Counted from the first letter of the stretch, positions 37,271 to 47,665 are shown. The stretch is DNA of 64,000 bases from Candidatus Omnitrophota bacterium (GCA_043822245.1 JBDRBY010000081.1:10773-74772); one strand, 5' to 3'. The notes: generated by a model from the sequence alone, not told the origin. A program made the numbers and translations.

Positions 37271-37608
37271 GTGTAACATATTATGGGTACTTTCAAGATT
37301 GTCATCCCGGAATTTCGCGGAGCGAAATATCCGGGATCTATAAGATTTAATCATTTTTAGATTACTGATCCCCGCTTCCCCCCTTCGGGGACTTCGCGCG
37401 GGGATGACACCAGGTCAAAGTGTCCATAACTCTTGACACTATGTTTTATAAAAAAATCCATCATATTAAACAAAAATATGGTACTATATTAAATCCTGAT
37501 GTTGCACTAGACCATGGCGAATGACACTAATCTTTTAGCTCAAAAATCTTAGCATTCTTCATCCATGGTCTAATTCAATATCCGGGTTACAAAAAAAGGG
37601 AGGGCAAT

Positions 37609-38844
37609 GTGTCCCAACAGAATCATTTACAAATAACAAAGGAAGAGATTTTTGAATATCATCTTGGCGGAAAGATTGGCCTGGCGCTTTTAAAAAAGCT
37701 TACCAGCCAGAGAGACCTTAGCATGGCTTACACTCCGGGTGTGTCTAAGGTTTGCGAAGCGATTCAGGAAGATCCCTCGAAAGTTTATTCCCTAACTTCT
37801 AAAGGCAATCTTGTTGCCGTGGTGACTGACGGCACAGCGGTTTTAGGGCTGGGAAACATAGGAGCGAAGGCTTCTATCCCGGTTATGGAAGGTAAGGCGG
37901 TTCTTTTTAAGGTATTCGCGGGTGTTGACGCGTGGCCTGTGCCTCTAGAAGGCGTGCTTAATGAGAATGGCCGCACAGATATTGACAAATTTATTGAAAC
38001 TGTCGTAAGAATCGCGCCGATGTACGGAGGAATCAATCTTGAAGATATTGCCGCGCCTGAATGTTTTGAAATAGAAGATCAGCTGGATAAAATTTTAGAT
38101 ATCCCGGTATTTCATGATGACCAGTGGGGGACAGCCATAATTACGCTTGCCGCGTTAACGAATTATTGTGTGATCGCCGGAAAAAAGCCTAAAGATCTTT
38201 ATGTCGTAATAAACGGCGCCGGTGCCGCGGGCCTGCGTATAGCGGAAATGATCAAAGAAGAAGGTGTGCGAAATTGTGTTATGTGTGATTCAAAGGGTGT
38301 GATTCATACCGAAAGAAAAGATCTTAATAAGTATAAAAAAGTGTACGCTGTTGAAACTTCTAAGAGAACCCTGCTGGATGCCGCAAAAGGCGCGGATGTT
38401 CTTATAGGGGTGTCTAAGGCAGGATGCGTGACAGGTGAGATGGTGAGTTCCATGGTCGAGTACCCTGCAATTTTTGCCATGGCAAATCCGGTTCCTGAGA
38501 TTCAGCCTGAGGATGTCGCGAAATATATGAAAGGCCGAAAGTATGTTATGGCAACCGGCCGGTCGGATTACGCGAACCAGGTTAATAATGTTTTAGGTTT
38601 TCCTTTTATATTTCGCGGCGCGCTTGACGCCGGAGCGAAGAGTATTACCATGGATATGAAGCGCGCGGCGGCTCGGGCCCTGGCGGATTTAGCCAGAGAG
38701 GGGAACATCCCGGAAGAGGTAAAGAAAGCGTATGGCCGTGATTTTGAGTTTGGCGCGGATTATCTCATTCCAACGCCATTTGATCCAAGAATATGGGCTT
38801 GGGAAGCAAAGGCCGTGGCGAAGGCTTGGAAGGAAAAAGCATAG
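37609..38844 (+). CDS. NAD(P)-dependent malic enzyme, short (~410 aa) form
   Basis: The N-terminus matches the malic-enzyme family (YTPGV...VVTDGTAVLGLGNIG...), with an NAD-binding GAGAAG motif. Confidence 0.8.
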   Translation: MSQQNHLQITKEEIFEYHLGGKIGLALLKKLTSQRDLSMAYTPGVSKVCEAIQEDPSKVYSLTSKGNLVAVVTDGTAVLGLGNIGAKASIPVMEGKAVLFKVFAGVDAWPVPLEGVLNENGRTDIDKFIETVVRIAPMYGGINLEDIAAPECFEIEDQLDKILDIPVFHDDQWGTAIITLAALTNYCVIAGKKPKDLYVVINGAGAAGLRIAEMIKEEGVRNCVMCDSKGVIHTERKDLNKYKKVYAVETSKRTLLDAAKGADVLIGVSKAGCVTGEMVSSMVEYPAIFAMANPVPEIQPEDVAKYMKGRKYVMATGRSDYANQVNNVLGFPFIFRGALDAGAKSITMDMKRAAARALADLAREGNIPEEVKKAYGRDFEFGADYLIPTPFDPRIWAWEAKAVAKAWKEKA

Positions 38845-39152
38845 TGAAGGCGTGCCCTTATTGCGCTGAACAAATACAGGACGGAGCGGTGTATTGCAGG
38901 TATTGTCGCAGGAAGGTGCGTGGTATTTTATTCCGGCGCGTCGTTCTGGTTGTTCTTGTTTTAGCGTGTATGATTTTTATTTTATTTTATCGGGACGAGT
39001 TTAATAAGCTGTTATATAACACAAAAATCTTTCTTGGCGAGCTTAACGATATGTGGAAGCTCACCAAGAGTTTATTAGAAAATTTTAAGAATGGTATAAA
39101 CGGTATCAATTCCCTCCATACCCGCGTGGAAATGATCAACAATATTAAATAG
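38844..39152 (+). CDS. small zinc-ribbon + TM-helix protein
   Basis: CPYC...CRYC zinc ribbon followed by a hydrophobic helix. A GTG start at 38844 overlaps the malic-enzyme stop. Low support. Confidence 0.3.
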   Translation: MKACPYCAEQIQDGAVYCRYCRRKVRGILFRRVVLVVLVLACMIFILFYRDEFNKLLYNTKIFLGELNDMWKLTKSLLENFKNGINGINSLHTRVEMINNIK

Positions 39153-39181
39153 AAAAGAATGACAACTATCCAGTAAATTGG

Positions 39182-39216
39182 AACAGAGCGGTTTAGAACG
39201 CTCTGTTATAATTTCT
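39182..39216 (+). terminator. putative intrinsic terminator after the zinc-ribbon/malic-enzyme unit
   Basis: Stem aacagagcg / cgctctgtt, loop gtttagaa, then ataatttct. Confidence 0.4.
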
Positions 39217-39379
39217 CGTAGCGTAGTAAAAGAATGTGGCCATCCGCCTCTGGGTTGCCCAAATACTTATTCTGTACAGCTAAACAGATTTGTTTCTACC
39301 ACATAGTGTACCCTCTCTTATTTCTATTACCATATAGAGTGTATCCATAAAACATGTCAAAACAGCTAAAAATAGTGGT

Positions 39380-39408
39380 TTGACAAGCAGGGTATTTTTA
39401 GGTATACT
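39380..39408 (+). promoter_or_regulatory. sigma70 promoter of the dcw cluster (TTGACA-17-TATACT)
   Basis: TTGACA at 39380-39385, a 17-nt spacer, and TATACT at 39403-39408, ~35 nt upstream of the mraZ ATG. Confidence 0.6.
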
Positions 39409-39418
39409 CCTATTGTAG

Positions 39419-39444
39419 GTGGAGCAAAGTGGAGGTAAGTGGAA
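39419..39444 (+). promoter_or_regulatory. MraZ-box-like direct repeats: GTGGAG-N4-GTGGAG-N4-GTGGAA with 10-bp phase
   Basis: Three GTGGA[G/A] hexamers at 39419, 39429 and 39439. They lie between the promoter and the mraZ start and resemble published MraZ operator repeats (GTGG[G/N] with 10-bp periodicity). Confidence 0.5.
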
Positions 39445-39893
39445 TGTTCTATGGCGAATATAATCATACATTAGACAAGAAAAACCGGATGATACTTCCG
39501 TCGCGGTTCCGTGTTCCTATTAAAGAAATGGGTATCGAAAAACTGTACATAACACGGGGTTTAGACGAATGTCTTTTTGTGTTCGCGGAAGATGAATGGA
39601 AGGCGCAGGAAAATAAATTCAAAGCAATGCCTTTTACTAAAAAAGAAGTAAGAAAGTTTAAACGGTTGTTTTTTTCAGGAGCTGTTGAAGCCGTGCCGGA
39701 TAAACAGTGGCGCATACTAATTCCGGATTATTTAAAAGAATACGCGTGTTTGTCAAAAAATATAATGATAATCGGGATTTCCAATCGAATAGAGATATGG
39801 GACAAAAAGAAATGGGAAGATTTTTATAAAACTTCAAAAGAGAATTATGAAGATATTGCTGAGAATCTAATAGAGTTAGACCCTAAAGAATAA
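39444..39893 (+). CDS. mraZ: transcriptional regulator MraZ
   Basis: MFYGEYNHTLDKKNRMILPSRFR, with the duplicated DxxxR SpoVT/AbrB-like halves. First gene of the dcw cluster. Confidence 0.9.
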   Translation: MFYGEYNHTLDKKNRMILPSRFRVPIKEMGIEKLYITRGLDECLFVFAEDEWKAQENKFKAMPFTKKEVRKFKRLFFSGAVEAVPDKQWRILIPDYLKEYACLSKNIMIIGISNRIEIWDKKKWEDFYKTSKENYEDIAENLIELDPKE

Positions 39894-40098
39894 GGGAAGG
39901 AGGTTTGCCATGTATAGGCGTTATGCGGTCAAATTACACGAAAAGCAGGTAGAGTTTGTTAATTGCGTGAACATAACAGAGAGGATTAAAAAGGCTAGAG
40001 CGCTTCCTTCAGGAACTTCGCATTTGGGGGTAGAACGATATGTAGTTTCTTCAGTTAATTCCAATATGATGAAATATGTATCGATGAAAAATTGTTGA

Positions 40099-40330
40099 TA
40101 GTGTCAAAAATAACATGAAAGAATTATGAAAGAAAGAGTGAAGTAGTTTCCCTTCTCTTTTTTGAAAAAAGGGCAGATCTTTCCCCCCTTTGAAAAAGGG
40201 GGACAGGGGGATTTGATACAAGATGAACTGTAAAATGAATCTAAAATCAAATGCATATCGATTGTGGAGAGAAATGACAAAATCCCCCTAACCCCCTTTT
40301 TCAAAGGGGGAATTTTAAGGGGGAGGGAAG
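40099..40330 (+). repeat. Repeat B composite array with ~30-bp inverted terminal copies
   Basis: cccctttgaaaaagggggacagggggattt at 40180-40215 and its reverse complement aaatccccctaaccccctttttcaaaggggg at 40277-40310 flank a ~60-bp core. The architecture is MITE-like. Confidence 0.8.
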
Positions 40331-40616
40331 TTAATCTTAGATAACTGCTTTAAATGCAAAGGATTAAGAAAAATTTGGATACAAACTTTTGACAATACCA
40401 AATTGTTTATAAGGGAGGAGTAATGAAAAAGTATTTGCAGGCGTGTGAATTAGGCGGATCGATTTATGGAAGAAAACGTACGGCCGCCAGGTCCGGCAGA
40501 TCAAGTAAAAGCTCCACAAGGAAAAAAACTAATCTTTTGAATGACTATGACAATCTTTATAAAAATCAATTTAGCCTTATGAGCAGGATTTTTCGGCGCG
40601 CGAAATAATTTATTTT

Positions 40617-41513
40617 ATGAACTCTGAACTAAAACACATTCCGGTTCTTTGCCAGGAAATTATGGGGTATCTGAAGCTAAATCAGGGGGACACTGTTTTT
40701 GACGCGACCCTTGGCGGCGGCGGACACGCGGGGGAAATATTAAAAAAGATAATTCCCGAAGGTATTCTTATAGCCGTTGATAGAGATATAGAAGCGATCG
40801 AAAGAGTTAAGTTTGGATTAAAGCAGTATGAGGGAAGTATTATTTACGCGAATGACAGTTTTAGAAATATTGACCAGATTTTAAGACGAGAGCGTATAAC
40901 AGAGCTTGACTCAGCCGTGTTTGACTTGGGGATGTCGTCTTTCCAGATAGATGACGCTGAGAGAGGTTTTAGCTTTTTAAAAGACGGCCCTTTGGATATG
41001 AGATTTGATAAATCTCAAGAGCTCTCAGCCGTGGAAGTTGTAAACAAGTTTGGCATGGAAAAACTCGCGGATATCATAAAAGAGTACGGCGAAGAGAGGC
41101 ACGCGAAACTTATAGCGTCCGCTGTAGCGGTAGCCCGGAAGAAAAAACGGATAAGTACTACCGGCGAGTTGAAAGAAGTAATTTATCAGGCGGTGGGAAG
41201 GAAATATTCAAGACAAAAATTGAATCCGGCGGCGAGGACTTTTCAGGCGCTCAGGATTTATGTGAATGACGAACTTGAGGCTATAGAGGATGCTGTGGCC
41301 AAAACAATTTCTTATTTAAAGCCAAATGGCAGAATTTGTGTGATATCGTTTCATTCTTTGGAAGACAGGATAGTAAAAAACATTTTTCGAAATAAACAAA
41401 GAGAAAAGGAGATTTCTGTTATAACGAAGAAACCGATTTATCCGTCTCGTGAAGAGATAGCGGTAAATCACAGATCGAGGAGCGCGAAATTGCGCGTAGC
41501 AGAAAAACTGTAA
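40617..41513 (+). CDS. rsmH: 16S rRNA (cytosine1402-N4)-methyltransferase
   Basis: HIPVL, DATLGGGGHA, and the conserved C-terminus. Confidence 0.9.
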   Translation: MNSELKHIPVLCQEIMGYLKLNQGDTVFDATLGGGGHAGEILKKIIPEGILIAVDRDIEAIERVKFGLKQYEGSIIYANDSFRNIDQILRRERITELDSAVFDLGMSSFQIDDAERGFSFLKDGPLDMRFDKSQELSAVEVVNKFGMEKLADIIKEYGEERHAKLIASAVAVARKKKRISTTGELKEVIYQAVGRKYSRQKLNPAARTFQALRIYVNDELEAIEDAVAKTISYLKPNGRICVISFHSLEDRIVKNIFRNKQREKEISVITKKPIYPSREEIAVNHRSRSAKLRVAEKL

Positions 41514-41875
41514 TGAGATTATACAAGATTGTATTCACAGGTATTTTTGTAACAATAATCGCGATGGTTCTGGTGCATCAGCGTGTCGAAATAGTTAAAC
41601 AAGGCTACGTGTCGCAGAAAAATGGGAACGTTTTATCCTCTTTAATTGACCAAAATAAAGGCCTAACATACAACCTGTCCAAGATAGAGTCGCCTTCTCA
41701 TCTTTTGGCCTCGCTTGGCGCGGAAGAGATAGAATTCGCGAAATACAGGACACGACAAACAAATATTTGCCCGTCTCGTCGCCTCAATCCCGATATTGGT
41801 GGTACCAGCGGGGGTTTTATGGGAAAGTTGCTTGATGTTTTCACATTAAACGCTGAAGCAAGACCCCAAGATTAA
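41513..41875 (+). CDS. FtsL-like cell-division protein
   Basis: Single N-terminal TM helix. Its position between rsmH and ftsI supports the call. Confidence 0.5.
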   Translation: MRLYKIVFTGIFVTIIAMVLVHQRVEIVKQGYVSQKNGNVLSSLIDQNKGLTYNLSKIESPSHLLASLGAEEIEFAKYRTRQTNICPSRRLNPDIGGTSGGFMGKLLDVFTLNAEARPQD

Positions 41876-41898
41876 ACTAAAACATAGCGAGAGGATAA

Positions 41899-43605
41899 AT
41901 GTTTAAGTTACGCCAATGTCTGGCATTTCTCTTTTTTATATCTTTTCTTTTTTTCTTGCTTATCAGGTTGTTTTATTTACAGATTCTCAAATCTGAGAAA
42001 TTCTCGGAAATGGCCGCGGATCAGCACAATAAGATTGATAGAATAGAGCCCATTAGAGGAATAATATTTGACCGGTATAGGGATTCAGTAGCCGTAAATC
42101 TTGATGTGCCAAGTGTGTGTTGTAATCCTAGAGTTGTAAAAGACAAAAATCAGCTCAGCAATGTTTTAAAGGAAAAGTTGAATGTTGAAAAAAATGTAAT
42201 TCTCGAAAAGTTACATAAGGATAAGGCTTTTATCTGGATAAAAAGAAAAGTTACTCCTGAAGAAGCGGAAAAAATAAAAGCCCTAAAGATTGCTGGTGTT
42301 GAAATTGTCGCCGAAAGTGAAAGGCATTATCCGAATGACAGTTTAGCCGCGCATGTTATAGGTTTCGTAGGGCTGGATAATCAGGGGCTGGAAGGACTGG
42401 AGCTGTTGTTCAATAAAGAACTTACGGGAAAACCAGGATGGAGGCATGTAATTCGTGACGCTTGGCAAAGGCCGGTTATTTTTAATGAAGAGCAGTCTAT
42501 CCCTCCGCGAAATGGTTATTACCTTGTGTTAACGATAGACAGTGTAATACAATATATCGTGGAGCAGGAGTTAGAATGCATGGCCAAGGCGCATAATGTT
42601 TCGAGCGCGTCTTGTGTTGTTATGGATCCATCTTCCGGTGAAATTCTGGCAATGGCGAACTATCCGGCCTATAACCTCAACTTATTTTCTAAGACGCCGC
42701 AAAAGGTGATGAAAAATACAGCCGTTACTGATGTATATGAGCCCGGCAGTGTATTTAAAATAGTTGCCGCGAGCGCGATTTTAAATGAAGGAAAGGCTAG
42801 CCTTGACACGCGTTTTTATTGTGAAAACGGAAGTTATAATGTGGCAGGCCGTGTTTTACACGATTATCACAGGTATGGGGATCTCTCGTTTAGAGATGTA
42901 ATTGCCAGATCAAGTAATATTGGTGTGGTTAAGGCCAGCCAGAGAATAGACAAAAAAAAGCTTTGCGAATATATCTTCAGGTTTGGATTTGGGGAAAAAA
43001 CAGGAATTGATTTACCCGGAGAATCAAGCGGCATAGTCCGGCGGGCTGAAGAGTGGTCCAAGAGTGACATAAGCACAATTCCCATTGGCCAAGGGATAGC
43101 GGTTACCCCTCTGCAGTTAGTTTGTGCCGTAAGCGTTATCGCTAACGGAGGGTATTTGATGCGGCCTTACATTGTTGATTGCGTTATCTCAGAAGAAGAG
43201 GATGTGTATAGACAAAATAAGCGTGAGTTAAGACGCAAGGTTTTGGAAGTAAAAACATGTGAAGATATGAAAGACGCGTTGCAATGTGTAATGACTTTGG
43301 GAACGGGCAAAAAAGCGTACTCGAAGCTTTATGAAGCGTGCGGAAAGACAGGCACAGCTCAAATGGTGAATCCGGCGGGAGGATATTATTCAAATAAGTA
43401 CGACGCGAGCTTTATTGGATTCGCGCCGAAAGAAAAACCTGTTATTAGTGTTGCTATTGTAGCGAGGAATCCTCATCCGGTATATTTTGGCGGCAGTGTT
43501 GCCGGGCCTGTTTTTAAAAAAATAGTAGAACGCACGCTTCAGTATTTGGAATTGAATTCGGCACAGCTAACCGGTAGTAGTTCTTCCAGTGAGACTGTGT
43601 CGTAA
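41899..43605 (+). CDS. ftsI: peptidoglycan D,D-transpeptidase (class B PBP, FtsI)
   Basis: PBP dimerisation and transpeptidase domains, with the SxN and KTG triad (KTGTA). Confidence 0.85.
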   Translation: MFKLRQCLAFLFFISFLFFLLIRLFYLQILKSEKFSEMAADQHNKIDRIEPIRGIIFDRYRDSVAVNLDVPSVCCNPRVVKDKNQLSNVLKEKLNVEKNVILEKLHKDKAFIWIKRKVTPEEAEKIKALKIAGVEIVAESERHYPNDSLAAHVIGFVGLDNQGLEGLELLFNKELTGKPGWRHVIRDAWQRPVIFNEEQSIPPRNGYYLVLTIDSVIQYIVEQELECMAKAHNVSSASCVVMDPSSGEILAMANYPAYNLNLFSKTPQKVMKNTAVTDVYEPGSVFKIVAASAILNEGKASLDTRFYCENGSYNVAGRVLHDYHRYGDLSFRDVIARSSNIGVVKASQRIDKKKLCEYIFRFGFGEKTGIDLPGESSGIVRRAEEWSKSDISTIPIGQGIAVTPLQLVCAVSVIANGGYLMRPYIVDCVISEEEDVYRQNKRELRRKVLEVKTCEDMKDALQCVMTLGTGKKAYSKLYEACGKTGTAQMVNPAGGYYSNKYDASFIGFAPKEKPVISVAIVARNPHPVYFGGSVAGPVFKKIVERTLQYLELNSAQLTGSSSSSETVS

Positions 43606-43680
43606 TCAATGGCCGGAATTCCCGCGCAAAATCCCCGAAGGGGGAAAGCGGGAATCTATGATATGAAATGAAGCGCAAAT

Positions 43681-45132
43681 ATGAAAAATTCAGATTTATT
43701 TAAAAAAGTACCGTTTTTAAAAGAAAACGTTAAAACAGATTCAAGGTTGGTTACACAGGGAGATATCTTTGTTGCCATAAAAGGGCCGCTTCAGGACGGA
43801 CATAAGTACATCCCTGAGGTTTTCAGAAAAGGTGCCGGGTATGTTTTGAGTGAAGTTCAAATACCGGATTTGACAAAAGAACAAACGAAAAAGCTTATAA
43901 TTGTTAAAGATACCCGGAAAACGTTGGGAAGGGTAGCGGCATATATTTTTAATAATCCGTCAGAATCTCTTTTAGTGTATGGCGTTACTGGAACAAATGG
44001 AAAAACAACCACGGTATTTTTAATAGACAAAATTTTAAATACCGCTGGTTTATCAGCAGGCTTCATAAGTACGGTTTTTACAAAAAGCAAAAAAGATTTA
44101 TTATGTCCATCCTCTATGACAACTCCGGATGTAATAACACTTAACAGTCTTTTGTCGGAAATGGTTATGGATGGCAAGAAAGCGGCTGTTATTGAAATAT
44201 CAAGCCACGCTCTAAGCCAGAAAAGAACGTATGGAATTAGATTAGACAGCGCGGTTTTTACAAATATATCGCCTGAGCATCTTGATTATCATAAGAATAT
44301 GAAGGCCTACTTAAAGGATAAATCAAAGATTTTTCAATATTTGAAACCAGGCGGGTTGGCAGTAATAAACGTGGATAATCCTATGTGTTGTGAATTAAAA
44401 AAAAGCATAAAGGCCCCGAATCTTGTAACTTTTGGAATTAATAATAAGTCAGATGTTAGCGCGAAAAATATCAAGATGAGCAAGAATAAGACAGAGTTTA
44501 TTTTGACTTTAAAACAAATTGGGTCGATAGAAATCCGCAGTAAACTTATTGGGAAACACAATGTTTACAATATGCTCTCAGCCGCGGCCGCGCTCATAAC
44601 AAGCGGACTCGATTTAAAGCGAATAAAGGACGGGTTAGAAGCCAGTTTCGGCGTACCGGGCCGATTAGAAAAGATTTCCGGGAATTTTCCTTTTAGAGTT
44701 TTTGTGGATTATGCTCATACTCCAAACGCGTTGGAAAATGTTTTGAGCGCTTTACGGCCTTTAACGGAGAAGAGGCTTATTTGCGTGTTTGGATGCGGGG
44801 GCAATCGTGATAAAACAAAAAGGGAAATAATGGGACAAGTCGCGTCTAAAATGTGCGATTATGCTATCCTGACAAATGATAATCCCAGATTCGAGGACCC
44901 TCGAAGCATATTGGATCAGATTGAAAAAGGCATGTCTTGTAAGGGCCATTATAGTATAATACCGGAGAGAAGAGGCGCGATTAAAGAAGCTTTGCGTATC
45001 GCGCGTAAAAATGATGTGGTAGTAATAGCGGGCAAAGGTCATGAAAATTATCAGATTATAAAAGATGAAACAAATCCTTTTAGTGATAAGATGACCGCGG
45101 AAGAACTTCTTAGAGAGATGGGATATGAGTAG
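43681..45132 (+). CDS. murE: UDP-N-acetylmuramoyl-tripeptide synthetase (diamino acid-adding)
   Basis: Mur ligase motifs (GVTGTNGKTT), and conserved dcw gene order. Confidence 0.85.
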   Translation: MKNSDLFKKVPFLKENVKTDSRLVTQGDIFVAIKGPLQDGHKYIPEVFRKGAGYVLSEVQIPDLTKEQTKKLIIVKDTRKTLGRVAAYIFNNPSESLLVYGVTGTNGKTTTVFLIDKILNTAGLSAGFISTVFTKSKKDLLCPSSMTTPDVITLNSLLSEMVMDGKKAAVIEISSHALSQKRTYGIRLDSAVFTNISPEHLDYHKNMKAYLKDKSKIFQYLKPGGLAVINVDNPMCCELKKSIKAPNLVTFGINNKSDVSAKNIKMSKNKTEFILTLKQIGSIEIRSKLIGKHNVYNMLSAAAALITSGLDLKRIKDGLEASFGVPGRLEKISGNFPFRVFVDYAHTPNALENVLSALRPLTEKRLICVFGCGGNRDKTKREIMGQVASKMCDYAILTNDNPRFEDPRSILDQIEKGMSCKGHYSIIPERRGAIKEALRIARKNDVVVIAGKGHENYQIIKDETNPFSDKMTAEELLREMGYE

Positions 45133-46513
45133 AGTCACAATAAAACAAATTGCTAAAATAACAGATGGAGAGCTTTTTTCAAAAAATCCTTTAGAAATTT
45201 TAGTAAAAAGTTTTTCCATAGATTCAAGAACTATCGAGCCTGGTCAGTTTTTTATAGCGGTAAAAGGAGAAAATTTTGACGGGCATAATTTTGTTGAGGA
45301 AGCCGCGGCAAAGGGCGCGGCGGGTTTTATTATTGAAGGCCCGGCCGGGGCGGGGTTAGCTAAGAAAGCTGTTCATATCATTCAAGTAAAGAATACCCTG
45401 AAGGCTATGGGCGACATCGCGTCTGAGATAAGATCTTGCGCGGAATTACCGGTAATATGTGTAATCGGAAGTAATGGAAAAACCACAGTAAAGGATATGC
45501 TCTCCGGTATGCTTTCTTCCAAGTACAAAGTGTTAGCGAGTAAACGCTCGTATAACAATCTAATAGGGCTAAGCTTAACCTTATTTGGAATGAATCCTTC
45601 GTGTGAAGCGGTGGTTTTAGAATTGGGAACCAATTCTCCGGGAGAGATTTTGAATCTGTCGCGAATTGCCAGGCCGGATGTCGTGGTTGTTACTAATATC
45701 GGAAGCGCTCATTTAGGCGCTTTTGGCAGTAAAGGAAAAATTTTTGAAGAAAAGATAAGTATTCTAAATTCTTTGTCTTCAAAAGGGGCATTTTTTTTTA
45801 ACAAGGATGATTCTTTGTTATCCGCCATCAGATCCCGGCAATATAATTTTTTGACACAGTGTTATGGAAGAACCTCAGGCAGTGATTTTTTGATTTCCCG
45901 GATTTTACAAAAAAAAGAGGGATCTGAATTTTTTCTTGGGAAAAACAAGTTTTATGTTCCTTTTCCCGGACTGCATAATGTTTACAACGCGTCGGCGGCA
46001 ATAGCATCAGCCCTGTATATGGGAGTTCAAATTCGAGAGATACAAAAGGCTTTAAAATGTGTCAAGCTTCCTGATATGCGTATGGCCAACGCGCGGGTTG
46101 ATAAGGTAAGGTTTATCAATGATTCTTACAACGCCAGCCCTGAGTCTTTTGAATGCGCTCTTAATGTTTTGCAAGAGAATCAAAAAGGTTTTTTGAAAGG
46201 TGTTGTCACAGGCGGAATGCTGGAGTTGGGCCCCAAAACAAAAGAGTTTCATAGAAAAATCGGACAGAGTATCGCGGCCAGAGGTATAAACTTTCTCATA
46301 GTGGTAGGAGATTTGGCAAAAGATATCGCGTCCGGCGCGCTCCGGAAAGGAATGTCAAAAAAACAGGTTTTTTACGCGGACAGCCATATGGACGCGGCTC
46401 GAAAAATTCAAAACCTGGAAGAAGGGCGGGAAAAAGTAGTTCTGTTAAAAGGTTCGCGCGAAACAAGAATGGAGGAAGTTCTCAAATGTTTTACCATGTT
46501 TTATACCCGCTGA
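45125..46513 (+). CDS. murF: UDP-MurNAc-pentapeptide synthetase
   Basis: Mur ligase P-loop GSNGKTT, and conserved order. Confidence 0.85.
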   Translation: MSRVTIKQIAKITDGELFSKNPLEILVKSFSIDSRTIEPGQFFIAVKGENFDGHNFVEEAAAKGAAGFIIEGPAGAGLAKKAVHIIQVKNTLKAMGDIASEIRSCAELPVICVIGSNGKTTVKDMLSGMLSSKYKVLASKRSYNNLIGLSLTLFGMNPSCEAVVLELGTNSPGEILNLSRIARPDVVVVTNIGSAHLGAFGSKGKIFEEKISILNSLSSKGAFFFNKDDSLLSAIRSRQYNFLTQCYGRTSGSDFLISRILQKKEGSEFFLGKNKFYVPFPGLHNVYNASAAIASALYMGVQIREIQKALKCVKLPDMRMANARVDKVRFINDSYNASPESFECALNVLQENQKGFLKGVVTGGMLELGPKTKEFHRKIGQSIAARGINFLIVVGDLAKDIASGALRKGMSKKQVFYADSHMDAARKIQNLEEGREKVVLLKGSRETRMEEVLKCFTMFYTR

Positions 46514-47574
46514 AGGAGTTTTGGTTTGGATTTAACGTGTTTAAGTACATTACGTTTCGTGCCAGTATGGCGGCGATTACATCTTTTGCCGTATGTGTTA
46601 TTTTCGGCCCTATTCTCATAAAATGGCTGAAAAAAGCAGACGCAAAACAGTACGTCAGAAAAGAGCATGTGAGAAATCTATATGACCTTCATAAACATAA
46701 AGAAGGAACACCAACCATGGGAGGGCTTTTAATTATTTTTGCCGTTGCTGTAAGCAGTTTGTTATGGTGCCGCCTGGATAATGATTACGTCCTGCTTGTG
46801 CTTAGCGGTATGATTTGGCTGGGTATTGTTGGCTGTGTAGATGATATGCTGAAGATACGGAATAAAAGCTCTAAAGGTCTGCAGGCTATAACAAAGTTAG
46901 TTGGACAAATAACTTTGGCCTTAATTGTAGGACTTTTTGTGATAAACAATGAACACATAGGACCGGGTTTATATCTGCCCTTTGTTAAAAACGCTATCGC
47001 GAATTTGGGTATATTTTACCTATTGTTTGTTCTGGTGGTTATCGTAGGCACGTCCAACGCGGTAAATCTTACGGATGGCCTTGACGGCCTGGCAATCGGA
47101 TGTGTTGTTTTTATAACCATGACATACGCTCTTATAAGCTACATTACTGGACATGTGGAAATGAGCAAATATTTGCAGGTTTTTTATCTCGCGGGCGCGG
47201 GCGAAATAACCGTTTTTTGCGCGGCATTAACCGGCGCGGGGTTAGGATTTTTGTGGTTTAATTCATATCCCGCGAGTATTTTTATGGGAGACACCGGATC
47301 TCTTTCTTTGGGTGGGGTTATCGCGATCATAAGCGTTTTATTGAAAAAAGAGGTTTTATTGCTCATTGTTGGAGGAGTTCTTACGTTGGAAGCAGTGTCG
47401 GTTATTTTGCAGGTAGGTTCGTACAAATTGAGGAAGAAAAGAATATTTCTTATGGCGCCTATTCATCACCATTTCCAGCTAAAAGGATGGCACGAAGCTA
47501 AAGTTACCATAAGGTTTTTGATTGTAGCCGCCATTCTCGCCGTTTTGAGTATGGCAACACTAAAAGTCCGATAA
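46486..47574 (+). CDS. mraY: phospho-N-acetylmuramoyl-pentapeptide transferase
   Basis: FNVFKYITFR N-terminus and multiple TM helices. The start overlaps the murF end. Confidence 0.9.
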   Translation: MFYHVLYPLKEFWFGFNVFKYITFRASMAAITSFAVCVIFGPILIKWLKKADAKQYVRKEHVRNLYDLHKHKEGTPTMGGLLIIFAVAVSSLLWCRLDNDYVLLVLSGMIWLGIVGCVDDMLKIRNKSSKGLQAITKLVGQITLALIVGLFVINNEHIGPGLYLPFVKNAIANLGIFYLLFVLVVIVGTSNAVNLTDGLDGLAIGCVVFITMTYALISYITGHVEMSKYLQVFYLAGAGEITVFCAALTGAGLGFLWFNSYPASIFMGDTGSLSLGGVIAIISVLLKKEVLLLIVGGVLTLEAVSVILQVGSYKLRKKRIFLMAPIHHHFQLKGWHEAKVTIRFLIVAAILAVLSMATLKVR

Positions 47575-47579
47575 GCAAA

Positions 47580-47665
47580 ACCAATTCCCTCCTTTTTTTC
47601 AATGGAGGAATTGGTATGAAATTCCCCCCTTTGAAAAAGGGGGACAGGGGGATTTTATCCACGAA
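47580..47665 (+). repeat. Repeat B copy upstream of murD
   Basis: ttcccccctttgaaaaagggggacagggggatttt is nearly identical to 40166-40203. Confidence 0.75.

Noticed and set aside
39910-40608. Small ORFs 39910-40098 and 40423-40608 between mraZ and rsmH
   Set aside because: They have no recognisable domains and lie in a repeat-dense intergenic region. The second is highly basic and low-complexity. They are kept as a note only, not called.
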